Assembly (NCBI GenBank): GCA_028715785.1
Contig: JAQURC010000003.1
Span: forward strand, 27,423 to 91,422
From: Candidatus Omnitrophota bacterium
Lineage (GTDB): Bacteria; Omnitrophota; Gorgyraeia; Gygaellales; Profunditerraquicolaceae
Direction: 5' to 3'
DNA length: 64,000 nucleotides
The notes below the pieces were generated by a model. The model did not search any database and was not told where the DNA came from. It worked only from the letters and a program-made list of their open reading frames with translations. The translations under genes and the position numbers were made by a program. Each line of letters starts with the position of its first letter. The stretch's first letter is position 1. Below are positions 1 through 9,262 of this stretch, piece after piece.

Positions 1-624
1 AAATTTATTTTTTACATAATATTTTCGCGTCTCTGAATCTAGCAACGATCCCAACACCACTTTATAATCACTATCTTTGAATTTACTCACAATAGCTTTA
101 AGCTCAGATAATTCCTTTTTATTACCCGGCAACATAATCCCCTGCCTTAGAATAAATTCTATATCAAAAAAATCCCTTATATCTTTCCTATCCAGGGCCG
201 CTTTGATTTTATTCCTCATCGCTTCTTCTAAAGTAACCGCCCTTAAAACAACCTGATCGGTGCTATATTTTGAAAAAGCTATTCTCTCCTGGGTATCGCA
301 CTCCTTAAGTTCTTTCCTGATTTCAATTTTAAGCCGCTTGGGATAATTTTTACTACGCACCTCTAAAAGCAAGCTGTTGAACTTTAACTGCGCGTCCGTA
401 ACCTCATAAAACTTAGCCAAATAACTTTTAACTTTATTAAAATAATCTTTCTGGTCTGTTTTCTTGACAAACCAAAAATCGAGATCCGTGGAATACCGGC
501 CCAACTCATAACAGAGCCGCAGCATTGTGCCGCCGACGAATACAAGCGGCCTGAGAAAATCTCCGTTCTTGAGCTTTTCCAGGGCCTCTATCTCAAATAT
601 TTCATGCTTTCTTAAGGTATCCAT
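1..624 (-). CDS. abiEii: AbiEii/DUF1814-family nucleotidyltransferase (type IV TA toxin), 5' part only; the gene continues beyond window position 1
   Basis: Manual minus-strand translation from the ATG at 624-622 gives MDTLRKHEIFEIEALEKLKNGDFLRPLVFVGGTMLRLCYELGRYSTDLDFWFVKKTDQKDYFNKVKSY... The GGT.L..Y.R.S.DLDF signature is typical of AbiEii. The frame stays open to position 1. It overlaps the stop of the upstream AbiEi-like ORF by 23 nt. It is missing from the ORF track because it is truncated. Confidence 0.7.
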   Translation of the reverse strand, partial: MDTLRKHEIFEIEALEKLKNGDFLRPLVFVGGTMLRLCYELGRYSTDLDFWFVKKTDQKDYFNKVKSYLAKFYEVTDAQLKFNSLLLEVRSKNYPKRLKIEIRKELKECDTQERIAFSKYSTDQVVLRAVTLEEAMRNKIKAALDRKDIRDFFDIEFILRQGIMLPGNKKELSELKAIVSKFKDSDYKVVLGSLLDSETRKYYVKNKF

Positions 625-1195
625 ATTTTAATAATAATTTCCTGGTTGATAACGGGTATTTCCCGGAGATTAGTTTAATCCGCTTCACATCCAATTTGTC
701 CGGATCAATAGAGGTAGGGTCAAAATTATATTTTTTTAAAGACTTAAGATAAATCGCGTCAAGAAATGCCTTCTCGGGGCTGGCGATAAAAAACCCCTTA
801 ATCTTGGCGAACCCAAAATATAATTTTCTATTTATTTTACTGTAATTAAAACTAGTTTCCTTAACTTCAACCAGCTTTGTCCGATAGTAACCCACAGATT
901 CTATAAAATCCCGCTGCAGCTGAGTAGTGATCTCATAATAACTTAAAGCGGTCATAAGTGATATATACGAGGGGACTTGGAGCAAGTTGGCTAAAATAAA
1001 CCGGTCTTCAAGGGAAGCAGAGCTCCATCTTTGGCTTAATATATAAAAATCTCTCTTAACTCTGGTAATATCGCCGCTTTTTACCAGCCTGGTAGCCGCG
1101 ACGCGCGCTGAGCCGGCAGATATGCCAAAGGCCCTTGAAATATCCCGGTAGCTGAAGTAAAGCTTATTTAATAAGTTAATTTTGGCGTAGTTCAT
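602..1195 (-). CDS. abiEi: AbiEi-like antitoxin / transcriptional regulator of the type IV TA pair
   Basis: 197-aa protein immediately upstream of, and overlapping, the AbiEii-like gene. N-terminal region is wHTH-like (YRDISRAFGISAGSARVAATRLVKSGDI). Size and context fit AbiEi. Confidence 0.5.
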   Translation of the reverse strand: MNYAKINLLNKLYFSYRDISRAFGISAGSARVAATRLVKSGDITRVKRDFYILSQRWSSASLEDRFILANLLQVPSYISLMTALSYYEITTQLQRDFIESVGYYRTKLVEVKETSFNYSKINRKLYFGFAKIKGFFIASPEKAFLDAIYLKSLKKYNFDPTSIDPDKLDVKRIKLISGKYPLSTRKLLLKYGYLKKA

Positions 1196-1200
1196 CTAAG

Positions 1201-1234
1201 TATAGTTAGTTAACAGTTTTGTTAATTAACTATA
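1201..1234. promoter_or_regulatory. 14-bp-arm inverted repeat (TATAGTTAGTTAAC-agtttt-GTTAATTAACTATA) immediately upstream of the abiEi start; candidate autoregulatory operator and/or terminator of the upstream GT9 gene
   Basis: Read directly. One mismatch between the arms. It overlaps the GT9 stop codon and ends about 40 nt upstream of the abiEi ATG. Confidence 0.4.
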
Positions 1235-2191
1235 CCTGATATTTTTGGCTTTGTCAAGTACTTCCTCAACGCTTATATCTTCTAAGCTGCTCTTCTCAAT
1301 CACAATGTGCCCTTCTCCCCACGGCCCCCAGCGCTTGGCGGTTTTGCCCGGAAGGTCATTGCGGAAAAGCGCGATTACCGGTGTCCCCACAGCCGCGGCC
1401 AGATGCACCGGCCCGCTGTCACCTGAAATAAGCAGCGAACAACGTTTTAATAACGCGGCTAATTCCACTAAACTTGTCTTATTAATTAAATCCATAACCT
1501 CTGAATAATCTGTCCCCGAAGGCGGCTGAGAATGGGGACTGTCCCCGAATGGGGACTGTCCCCATTCTTCAGTTTTCCCCACAAACACAACCTTCGCCTT
1601 CATCTCCTGCGCAATTCTCCACGCTAGTTCTTTAAACCTCTCAACCGGCCACTGCTTAACCGGGTCGCTGGTAAATGGATGGATCGCAACCGCCCCCGCT
1701 AAAAAATCATATTTGTCATTGCGAGGAAGGCGTAAGCATGACGAAGCAATCTCTTTATTCCGCGTACGCGCCCCAATCAACCCCACTAACTCCAAGTTAC
1801 AATCCACCTCATGCCTGTCACCGAGCGATTTTGTATCTTTTAATTTATGTGTCAGCAAAAATCCCCATTTCCTATTATAGCCAACCCGTACAGGAATCCC
1901 CGCAAAAAAACAAGCGATATGCGCCTCTTTCGTAGGATTTAAAACAACACAGAGGTCAAACTTATGCTTCCTTAAATTCCCTTTGACCTCATCCCAAACC
2001 ACCACCGCATCAACACATTCAACCGCCCCTGCCAATTCGCAAACCGCGGAATTTACCGCCAAAGTAAGTTTTGCCTGCGGGTATAATTCTTTCAGCGCGC
2101 GCATTGCCGGGATATTCAGCAAAAACTCTCCAAACCGGTCATTACGAATAGCCAATATTTTTCTTATCTCAGGTTTTCTGGCCATCAACAA
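1226..2191 (-). CDS. Glycosyltransferase family 9 (LPS heptosyltransferase, WaaF/WaaC-like)
   Basis: The ...SLLISGDSGPVHLAAAVGTPVIALF... motif is characteristic of GT9 heptosyltransferases. It carries an in-frame low-complexity insertion (EEWGQSPFGDSPHSQPPSG) encoded by a palindromic repeat. Confidence 0.8.
   Translation of the reverse strand: MLMARKPEIRKILAIRNDRFGEFLLNIPAMRALKELYPQAKLTLAVNSAVCELAGAVECVDAVVVWDEVKGNLRKHKFDLCVVLNPTKEAHIACFFAGIPVRVGYNRKWGFLLTHKLKDTKSLGDRHEVDCNLELVGLIGARTRNKEIASSCLRLPRNDKYDFLAGAVAIHPFTSDPVKQWPVERFKELAWRIAQEMKAKVVFVGKTEEWGQSPFGDSPHSQPPSGTDYSEVMDLINKTSLVELAALLKRCSLLISGDSGPVHLAAAVGTPVIALFRNDLPGKTAKRWGPWGEGHIVIEKSSLEDISVEEVLDKAKNIRYS
1512..1567. repeat. Family A palindromic array: GTCCCCGAA...GAATGGGGAC-T-GTCCCC GAATGGGGAC-T-GTCCCCATTC (two tandem GGGGACTGTCCCC hairpin units) lying in frame inside the GT9 CDS
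   Basis: Read directly. GGGGAC/GTCCCC arms with a 1-nt centre, duplicated in tandem. Confidence 0.6.
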
Positions 2192-3407
2192 ATTTATTAA
2201 GCGCCAAAGAAATACCGATTATATACCAGAAAACCATTGCTACTCTGGGATAATAAAGGCTGGTTTCGGTAAGGCCATTTACTAAAAAAGCAATTACGCA
2301 AGCAACTAAAGACAGGCCGATTATTTTTAAATACTCATCATTGAGCTTGCGCAATGCATTAAAGGCCTGCCTGAATACCTGAAATAAAAACAGCAAAAAC
2401 ATGGCTAGCCCCAATAAACCAACTTCACCTGCCATCTGTAAGTAGATATTATGCGCGTAGATGGTATCCGCTGTATGCGCGTATTTTTCGGCTTGCTCGG
2501 TCTTATATTTGCCATAATTTCTAGAGAAGGTATTTAGCCCCACGCCGATAAAAGGATGATGCTTAATCATATTTATAGTATTATTGTAAATACTAATCCT
2601 ATCCCGGTTACACATCATGACCAAAGGATTATAGTTAACCTCCTTGGCCCACTGCTTGATATTCTTAGGCATCACAAAAGGAAAGGCTATGAGTATTCCG
2701 ACTAGAATCGAAGTAAGCAGTTTTTTCTTGTTAGCGATACTTAAAAATAATATTGCCAGAAATATCCCCAAACCGGCGCCTCTAGATAAAGACAGATAAA
2801 CTCCGAGTAAACCCAATACACTTGCAAAAAACATTAATATCTTATTCCTGCCTTTGAAATAGAAAAACGTAAGCCCGAAGATTAGTGGAGTGAGCGCCGT
2901 CATATAAATTCCAAAAACATTTGGATTAGGGAATGCGGCCGTCGGCCTGGGTAAACCTATTGCGGCTTGTATAGCGATACGGTGTATAAAATCATAGCCA
3001 AAAACCATCTGCCATAACGCGTCTATTGCCGCAAGGCAGACACCGGAACAGATAGCGATAATAATTCTGGTTATATGTTTCTTATCCCTGACCTCCTCGC
3101 TGCATACCAGGAATATAAGGATATATTTAAGAAGTTTTATGATACCTCCAAAACTCGCACCATAACTGACAGAATTCATAATGGAGATCGCTGAAGCCGC
3201 GAAAAATAGCCCAAAGGATACCAGCGTTAAACGATCGGTAGAAAACGCCTGCCGGGTTATTGACTTTTTAATTATAAATGAAACGCTGAATAAACCGATA
3301 AAAGTATTGGCGATACCCGGGGCGACAGCCACCGAAAAAGGCATTATTACAATTGACCAATAAATCGCAAAATCTAAGAATCTTAATATTTTATCTTTCA
3401 CAGTCAT
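2169..3407 (-). CDS. O-antigen ligase (WaaL/Wzy_C) family integral membrane protein
   Basis: Multi-pass membrane protein with the LSLSRGAGLGIFLAIL motif typical of the O-antigen ligase domain. Confidence 0.6.
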   Translation of the reverse strand: MTVKDKILRFLDFAIYWSIVIMPFSVAVAPGIANTFIGLFSVSFIIKKSITRQAFSTDRLTLVSFGLFFAASAISIMNSVSYGASFGGIIKLLKYILIFLVCSEEVRDKKHITRIIIAICSGVCLAAIDALWQMVFGYDFIHRIAIQAAIGLPRPTAAFPNPNVFGIYMTALTPLIFGLTFFYFKGRNKILMFFASVLGLLGVYLSLSRGAGLGIFLAILFLSIANKKKLLTSILVGILIAFPFVMPKNIKQWAKEVNYNPLVMMCNRDRISIYNNTINMIKHHPFIGVGLNTFSRNYGKYKTEQAEKYAHTADTIYAHNIYLQMAGEVGLLGLAMFLLFLFQVFRQAFNALRKLNDEYLKIIGLSLVACVIAFLVNGLTETSLYYPRVAMVFWYIIGISLALNKFVDGQKT

Positions 3408-3412
3408 CTCCT

Positions 3413-4090
3413 TTAATCAACGAATCTGTATTTAACCATATAAAATACCGCCCAAAGGGCATCCCTTAACCTGATCTTCTTGCCCTCCTTATAAGAACGC
3501 GGATGATAAGAAACGTGCTCTTCCTTTATGCGCAGTTTTCTTTTTAAAGCGGCACAAACTATCTCTACATCAATATCGAATCCGGTAGCGTGAAGTTTCA
3601 AATCCACAAAAGTCGACCTGCGGGCCAGTTTATAACAAGTAGCGTAATCATTAAGCCGCGAACCAAAAAGAAGGTTTAAAGTAAAGGTAAGAAGCCTATT
3701 GCCGAGGCGGTGAATTAATAAACCATGGTATCCTTTAAAGAACCGCGCTCCCAAGACCATATCCAGGTTTCCGCTCTGTATAACCGAAAGCAACTTCAGA
3801 TAATCATTAGGGTCATATTCTAAATCCGCATCTTGAACAATAGCAAATTCGCCCGCGGCATTATCCAGCCCTGTCAGGAACGCAGCGCCCTTACCCCTGT
3901 TTGAACTATGATGAATAACTTTCAGATTATCATAACGCATGTCTCTTAATATTTTATCCGTGCCGTCAGTGGAACTATCATCCACCACCACGATCTCTTT
4001 GTCTACGCCAACGGCATTAATCTTCTCGATAATCTGCCTTACGGTATTGGCTTCGTTATATACCGGAACTATCACAGAAAGTAATGGCAT
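3413..4090 (-). CDS. Glycosyltransferase family 2
   Basis: N-terminal LSVIVPVYNE...VVVDDSSTDGT DxD-type GT2 signature. Confidence 0.8.
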   Translation of the reverse strand: MPLLSVIVPVYNEANTVRQIIEKINAVGVDKEIVVVDDSSTDGTDKILRDMRYDNLKVIHHSSNRGKGAAFLTGLDNAAGEFAIVQDADLEYDPNDYLKLLSVIQSGNLDMVLGARFFKGYHGLLIHRLGNRLLTFTLNLLFGSRLNDYATCYKLARRSTFVDLKLHATGFDIDVEIVCAALKRKLRIKEEHVSYHPRSYKEGKKIRLRDALWAVFYMVKYRFVD

Positions 4091-4091
4091 A

Positions 4092-4799
4092 TTAACCTAG
4101 GATCCTTTTCTTAATTGCCCAAAGGTAAAACTTTAAATAATTAGGAACTAAATTAAACATTCTAAAACTGGATTTACCTTTTTCTCTTTCATGCCATATT
4201 GTAGGCACTTCAGTTATTTTAAAACCCGCGTAATAAGCCTTAAGCGGAAGTTCCATAGATATTTCAAATCCCTTTGACTCTATATTTATGCTATCAATAA
4301 CTTTTTTTCTATACATCTTAAAAGCATTGGCGATATCATGCGTGGGTATCCCAAGCAGATAATAGAGTGACCATCCGGCAAATGCCGAGAAAAAACCCTT
4401 TAGCTTTGAACCGCCAAGCCTGGCCCCGCCTTTTATGTAACGTGAGCCGCAAACTACATCATATCCATCATTAATCTTTCTAATCATCTCTTTTAATGTC
4501 CGCAGATCGTCGCATAGATCTCCCATAACCGGGATTACCAGTTCTCCTTTAGAGTTAGCAAAACCGCACTTAACGGCATTGGCAAAACCTTTTGGCCCAA
4601 GATTATCAACCAGCCTTATATTTGGATATCTTCCCGACAATTCCCTGACTAACGCGGCGGTTTTATCGGTAGAATGGTCATTCACTACAATCAACTCATA
4701 GTCCAGGTCAAGTAAAAACTTGATTTTCTCAATTACACTTATAATATTTTCTTCTTCGTTATGCGCCGGGACAATTATTGATAAATTCATGAGTGTCAT
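4092..4799 (-). CDS. Glycosyltransferase family 2 (polyprenol-phosphate sugar transferase-like); the true start may be the second Met at 4790
   Basis: LSIIVPAHNEEENI...VVNDHSTDKT GT2 signature. The annotated first ATG lies inside a family B repeat copy. Confidence 0.8.
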   Translation of the reverse strand: MTLMNLSIIVPAHNEEENIISVIEKIKFLLDLDYELIVVNDHSTDKTAALVRELSGRYPNIRLVDNLGPKGFANAVKCGFANSKGELVIPVMGDLCDDLRTLKEMIRKINDGYDVVCGSRYIKGGARLGGSKLKGFFSAFAGWSLYYLLGIPTHDIANAFKMYRKKVIDSINIESKGFEISMELPLKAYYAGFKITEVPTIWHEREKGKSSFRMFNLVPNYLKFYLWAIKKRILG

Positions 4800-4827
4800 T
4801 GCGAGCCCCTTTAGGGGCGAAGCAATC
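4793..4827 (+). repeat. Family B structured repeat copy B1 (GTGTCATTGCGAG-CCCCTTTAGGGG-CGAAGCAATC)
   Basis: Read directly. Intergenic between two GT2 genes. A TTGC...GCAA outer stem plus a CCCC/GGGG inner stem can form a hairpin. Confidence 0.6.
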
Positions 4828-4830
4828 GCT

Positions 4831-5613
4831 TCAATCTATTAATTTTCCTTCTTGTGAAGCCTTTTCCCAAATCTTAAGCCATCTTACTTGCGGGCCGATT
4901 ACGCTTAAGATACACCAGGCCAAGCCATGCATGCCGTCTTTGTAGCCTTTTTTTCTGATATAGAGTTTCCAAAATAGCCTAAGCGATTTCCATGTAAGCC
5001 GGTATTTTATTTCTTTTTTACTAACCTTAGGGTTCTCCTTTAGATAAATGGTTGATTCTATATCGGAAAAGAAGTTGCATTTTCCGATAAATTGAGAAAT
5101 TGAATTAAAGGAATAATGATATACTTGCGCATCAATATCTCCTATCGGGCCGTCAACTTTTAGGGTTTCATGGACGCTGCTGCCGACATAAGACGCATTT
5201 GCTTTTTTAGATATCCTTATCATGCGGTCGCGTGAACCGGCATATCTTAAAGGCTTATTCAGGAAATAATTAATTCTAAAATACCTAAACGCAACGTAAT
5301 TGCCCGGATTTTCTATTGCTTGGCGGATTTTCTTTTTCGCATCTTCCGGGAATATTTCATCAGATTCTGTTTGTAAGATCCATTCTCCAGCAGCGTTCTC
5401 TATGCCGATATTACGCTGTTTATCCATATTATAGCCTTCAATTTCATGAGTAACTACTTTTGCCCGGTATTTTTTGCAGATTTCAACCGTTCCGTCAGTG
5501 CCAAGGCTGTCAACCACAACTATTTCATCAACAAGGCCACGCAGGGAATCCAGGCACCTCTCGATTTTTCCCGCTTCATTTTTCACCGGCATTACCGCGG
5601 TCAATTTAGCCAT
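4831..5613 (-). CDS. Glycosyltransferase family 2
   Basis: AVMPVKNEAGKIERCL...VVVDSLGTDGT GT2 signature. Confidence 0.75.
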   Translation of the reverse strand: MAKLTAVMPVKNEAGKIERCLDSLRGLVDEIVVVDSLGTDGTVEICKKYRAKVVTHEIEGYNMDKQRNIGIENAAGEWILQTESDEIFPEDAKKKIRQAIENPGNYVAFRYFRINYFLNKPLRYAGSRDRMIRISKKANASYVGSSVHETLKVDGPIGDIDAQVYHYSFNSISQFIGKCNFFSDIESTIYLKENPKVSKKEIKYRLTWKSLRLFWKLYIRKKGYKDGMHGLAWCILSVIGPQVRWLKIWEKASQEGKLID

Positions 5614-5615
5614 TC

Positions 5616-6290
5616 CTATTTTACTCCTTTAATAAATTCTTCAAGAAAGTTTTCCGGTTTTAAATTCAATAACTTTATCCTATTTGCTTCAAGTCCAGAA
5701 TATGGCATAAGCCTGATATCTTCAGGCGTATAATTGAGCATATTTTCCGGCTTGCCTCTAGTTACAACGCCTACCCCATGGTCACAATCAAGCACAAAGA
5801 CACGAAGATCGCTTCGCAGGCTGCGTAAATGCACAATGGTTTTCCAGACATCTCCGCACCACGGCCCGCCGGATTGGAGAGCAAGATGGCTGGCTTCGCT
5901 TTCAGATTCAGGATTACAGTCGTGCAAAACAATAAAACCAGCATTGTTTAGGTATTTTAATACGTTTAAAACATCTTTTAAGGATTGTTCATAGGTATGT
6001 AGTCCGTCATCTAAAGCAACATCCAGTTTATTCTTATCGAAAAGATTAGAGTTATTTAGGAAAAAATCATCGCTGGTTACTTCAAAAAACATTTCTTTTC
6101 TAAAATTTAAAATGTTTACGATTACGCCTTTAATTTTTTTCTTTAGCTTTAATTTAAAATGCGGATCTACGGCAATTTTTCTTTTAGCATGTATGGCAAA
6201 GAAACTGTTGCCATAATCAGTGCCAATTTCCAAATAAGTTTTTCCTTTTATTTTATCTAATAATGCCTGCACTGCCTGTATCCTATCCAT
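5616..6290 (-). CDS. Putative class I SAM-dependent methyltransferase (Methyltransf_24/TylF-like)
   Basis: YLEIGTDYGNS glycine-rich motif-I-like segment, about 220 aa, sugar-cluster context. Weak assignment. Confidence 0.4.
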   Translation of the reverse strand: MDRIQAVQALLDKIKGKTYLEIGTDYGNSFFAIHAKRKIAVDPHFKLKLKKKIKGVIVNILNFRKEMFFEVTSDDFFLNNSNLFDKNKLDVALDDGLHTYEQSLKDVLNVLKYLNNAGFIVLHDCNPESESEASHLALQSGGPWCGDVWKTIVHLRSLRSDLRVFVLDCDHGVGVVTRGKPENMLNYTPEDIRLMPYSGLEANRIKLLNLKPENFLEEFIKGVK

Positions 6291-6297
6291 TAATTCT

Positions 6298-8367
6298 CTA
6301 ATCCTTATTAAATTTAAGTTTATAAATACGTATCGTGCTATTTTTAAAAACTGGATTAAATATCTCCGGATGCGCTATTGCCCATTTGTCTTCAATGGGG
6401 AAATCATCGGTTTTCTTTATCAATTCCGAGTAAACAAAAAGAAAATCAATTCTTTTGTTTTTAAGGTTAGCAAGCCAAACATTATAATCTGCATTTCCCC
6501 TATAATTTTCAGGGCTTTCAAAATTCCTAAAAACTTTATTCCCATTATAGCCCCAAATGTATTTAGAATCAGGAAAATAATGAAGCATTGCCGGCTCAAC
6601 TTTATTTATAGAAACATAGTAAACATTATTTTTAAAATTCGTTCCGTACAAGGGAAAACCAACAGGTCTGCCGATATAAGCAATATTATTTCCAGTGGTA
6701 TTATCATTAAGCCAATTCCAAGCTTGGGCGGCATCCGGCCAGAACCCGGAATATTTGACCATCTTTGAATAGCTTGGAAATTCATTTTTAATATAAAACT
6801 TTTCAATAAAAACAAGGCTTAGGAATGTAAGAATACATAAGATGATAATTTTTAATTTAAAATTTTTCTTTAACAGTTTTATTATTGATCCAAAAGTAAA
6901 AAATAGTGTTAAAGATAGAATTAAACCTGCAATAAGCTCGTATTTTTTGGCAAGTTCCGGGATTGAGCCAATTACGCACAAAGCAACCAAAATTTTTAAG
7001 AATAATTTTTGTATTTTAAACGCTTCCGCCGCGTAAAAGAAAATTAATATACCAACAGCAAAAAGCGCATAAATGTAACGGATATTCGGCAAAGGGATAA
7101 CAAATCTAAAGGTTAATATGATCAGAAAAGGCAGAATTAATAAATAATCCATTAATAAGCTATGGGTTTTTCTATTTTTAAAAAGTAGTATTGGGCAAGC
7201 TAACACAATCGCCGGCAAGACAAAAATAAGTGTCTGCCCTCCCAGGCCTTCATGAAATAAGAATTTGGCGATGTTAAAGTCTCCCGGCCTTATGCCTGTG
7301 CGGTAAACCACGCTATCAACTACTCCTCTAAAAATTGTGTGTCCGGCTATTTTTAAGTTCAACGGGTAAAGTGGATTATGGGTCAGGATAAAATTCTTTA
7401 TATAACTAAAACCACCCACAGCCAAAATCGGTAAAAAACAAGCAGTAAGAGCGAACATTTTTTTATAGCCAGTATTTTTTGAGAAACATAAATAAAGTAA
7501 CGGCAATAGCAGTAACAATATAATCGGCATTGCTGTAGTTTTAGTACCAATACTAAGGCCGATAGCTAAAGAGCATAAAATAACATTTCTGACCTTGCCT
7601 TCCTTATTAATCAAGAATAAATAATTTAAGGCGATTAAGAATAAGGCTGCTACGATAATATCGATATAGGCGATTTGCAGCTGTTTGAAATAATTTGGGA
7701 TCAAACTAAACAAAACTGCCGCGTAGAATGAAAACTCTTTTGAAAGGTTGAGTTTTCTGGCTAATGAGACTACCGTGAAAAAAGCGGCAATAAAAAATGG
7801 CAGCTGCCCCAAATCAGCCAAAAATACATTTTTTAGCGGTAATATAAACCAGAGGAAAAATAAACTGCCGTTTACGGGGTAATAAGATACGCTTGGGTCG
7901 CCGGATATGCTTATGGGGTTATCAAGGTTATGGTTTTTAAGCCACTCCACGGGAAAAGTAAAATGGTAATTGAGATCATCCCAGCCAAAAGGCGGATTAA
8001 AAAGGTTAATAATAATTTTTACCAATCCAAACCCCAAGAGCACTGCCAAACAAAGCCGGGTAATGTTGTTAATATTTATACCGGTGTTTTGGAAAATAGC
8101 TGAATTTTTAAGATTAACTTTAGCGAATTTGATAACGCCAAGGCTGATAACGAGTACAAATAAGTTAATTAATATGACGTTGTTTAGCTTAAGTAAACCG
8201 AATACTCCTAATAATTCTAAAGTTATGACAATTTGCGAAAAATAAAGAATGAATATGCCAAGAAAGTAGTCTATCCTATTGCTGATCCTAAACAGATATT
8301 TAGCCAGAATTGCCGCATTTGCCAGAACAATTAAATTCATTAATAGCAGTATGAGCATATTAAACAT
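6298..8367 (-). CDS. Large multi-pass membrane protein with a C-terminal soluble domain; GT-C-type (ArnT/PMT-like) glycosyltransferase candidate
   Basis: About 500 aa of hydrophobic helices followed by about 180 aa hydrophilic. AT-rich gene. Confidence 0.4.
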   Translation of the reverse strand: MFNMLILLLMNLIVLANAAILAKYLFRISNRIDYFLGIFILYFSQIVITLELLGVFGLLKLNNVILINLFVLVISLGVIKFAKVNLKNSAIFQNTGININNITRLCLAVLLGFGLVKIIINLFNPPFGWDDLNYHFTFPVEWLKNHNLDNPISISGDPSVSYYPVNGSLFFLWFILPLKNVFLADLGQLPFFIAAFFTVVSLARKLNLSKEFSFYAAVLFSLIPNYFKQLQIAYIDIIVAALFLIALNYLFLINKEGKVRNVILCSLAIGLSIGTKTTAMPIILLLLLPLLYLCFSKNTGYKKMFALTACFLPILAVGGFSYIKNFILTHNPLYPLNLKIAGHTIFRGVVDSVVYRTGIRPGDFNIAKFLFHEGLGGQTLIFVLPAIVLACPILLFKNRKTHSLLMDYLLILPFLIILTFRFVIPLPNIRYIYALFAVGILIFFYAAEAFKIQKLFLKILVALCVIGSIPELAKKYELIAGLILSLTLFFTFGSIIKLLKKNFKLKIIILCILTFLSLVFIEKFYIKNEFPSYSKMVKYSGFWPDAAQAWNWLNDNTTGNNIAYIGRPVGFPLYGTNFKNNVYYVSINKVEPAMLHYFPDSKYIWGYNGNKVFRNFESPENYRGNADYNVWLANLKNKRIDFLFVYSELIKKTDDFPIEDKWAIAHPEIFNPVFKNSTIRIYKLKFNKD

Positions 8368-9238
8368 AAGTTTTTATAATTTTCACCAGTAATGTTAAAT
8401 TAAGGGGTTTAAGTTTAAACGCTTTGATAAAATATTGCCGCGCCTTTTTCCTGTCTATTTTAGAAGCGTCTTTTCCGATTGTCCGATAAAATCTAAAAAG
8501 ATAGTCTTTGTCCTTCCGTAATTGAGAAAAGTTATTTTCTAAGAAGATCTCCTTGCCTTTGATTAAATTTTGGCTGATGACATTAACATGAGTGCTTGAA
8601 GCATGCCAAGTAACCAAATTCTCATTTAAAAAATACAACGGATATTTGTAAGCGACTCTGGCTAAATAATCACCATCGTCCCAATTATACATACTTTCAT
8701 CAAAATAACCAGTCTCTTTTACCGTTTTTATAGGTAATAACCAGCTTGAGGGCGGTGAAATTAATATTCTTAAAGGATAAAAGTTATCCCTTTTGGGATT
8801 AAAGGCTACTCCGGACTTTATTCCGAGCGGGAAAAAAGTCTTTTTTTGCGCTTCGTCGTAACCATTGGTAAAGACTAAACCGATATCCTGATCAAGAGTT
8901 TTAAATATGCTAACCTGTTTTTCAATCTTTTCCGGCAGCCATTCGTCATCAGAATCCAGGAAAGCTATGTATTGCCCATGAGCATTTTTTAATCCGGTGT
9001 TTCTTGCCCCGGCAGGCCCTCTGTTTTGGCTATGGCGAAAGTAACTGACTTTAGTGTCATAAATTGATTGGACTATTTCCTGGGCATTATCTGTAGATGC
9101 GTCATCAACTATAAGAATCTCAATATTCTTATAAGTTTGCTTGAGGCAACTGTTTATCGCTCTCTCTATACAATTAGCCCGGTTATAGGCTGTAATTATT
9201 ATACTTACGAGTTGGTTATCCACCGCATTTATATCCAT
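8360..9238 (-). CDS. Glycosyltransferase family 2
   Basis: VSIIITAYNRANCIERAINSCLKQTY...ILIVDDASTDN...FLDSDDEW, a classic GT2 pattern. Confidence 0.85.
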   Translation of the reverse strand: MDINAVDNQLVSIIITAYNRANCIERAINSCLKQTYKNIEILIVDDASTDNAQEIVQSIYDTKVSYFRHSQNRGPAGARNTGLKNAHGQYIAFLDSDDEWLPEKIEKQVSIFKTLDQDIGLVFTNGYDEAQKKTFFPLGIKSGVAFNPKRDNFYPLRILISPPSSWLLPIKTVKETGYFDESMYNWDDGDYLARVAYKYPLYFLNENLVTWHASSTHVNVISQNLIKGKEIFLENNFSQLRKDKDYLFRFYRTIGKDASKIDRKKARQYFIKAFKLKPLNLTLLVKIIKTYV

Positions 9239-9262
9239 TATGCCAGAATTGTTTTACGGAAA

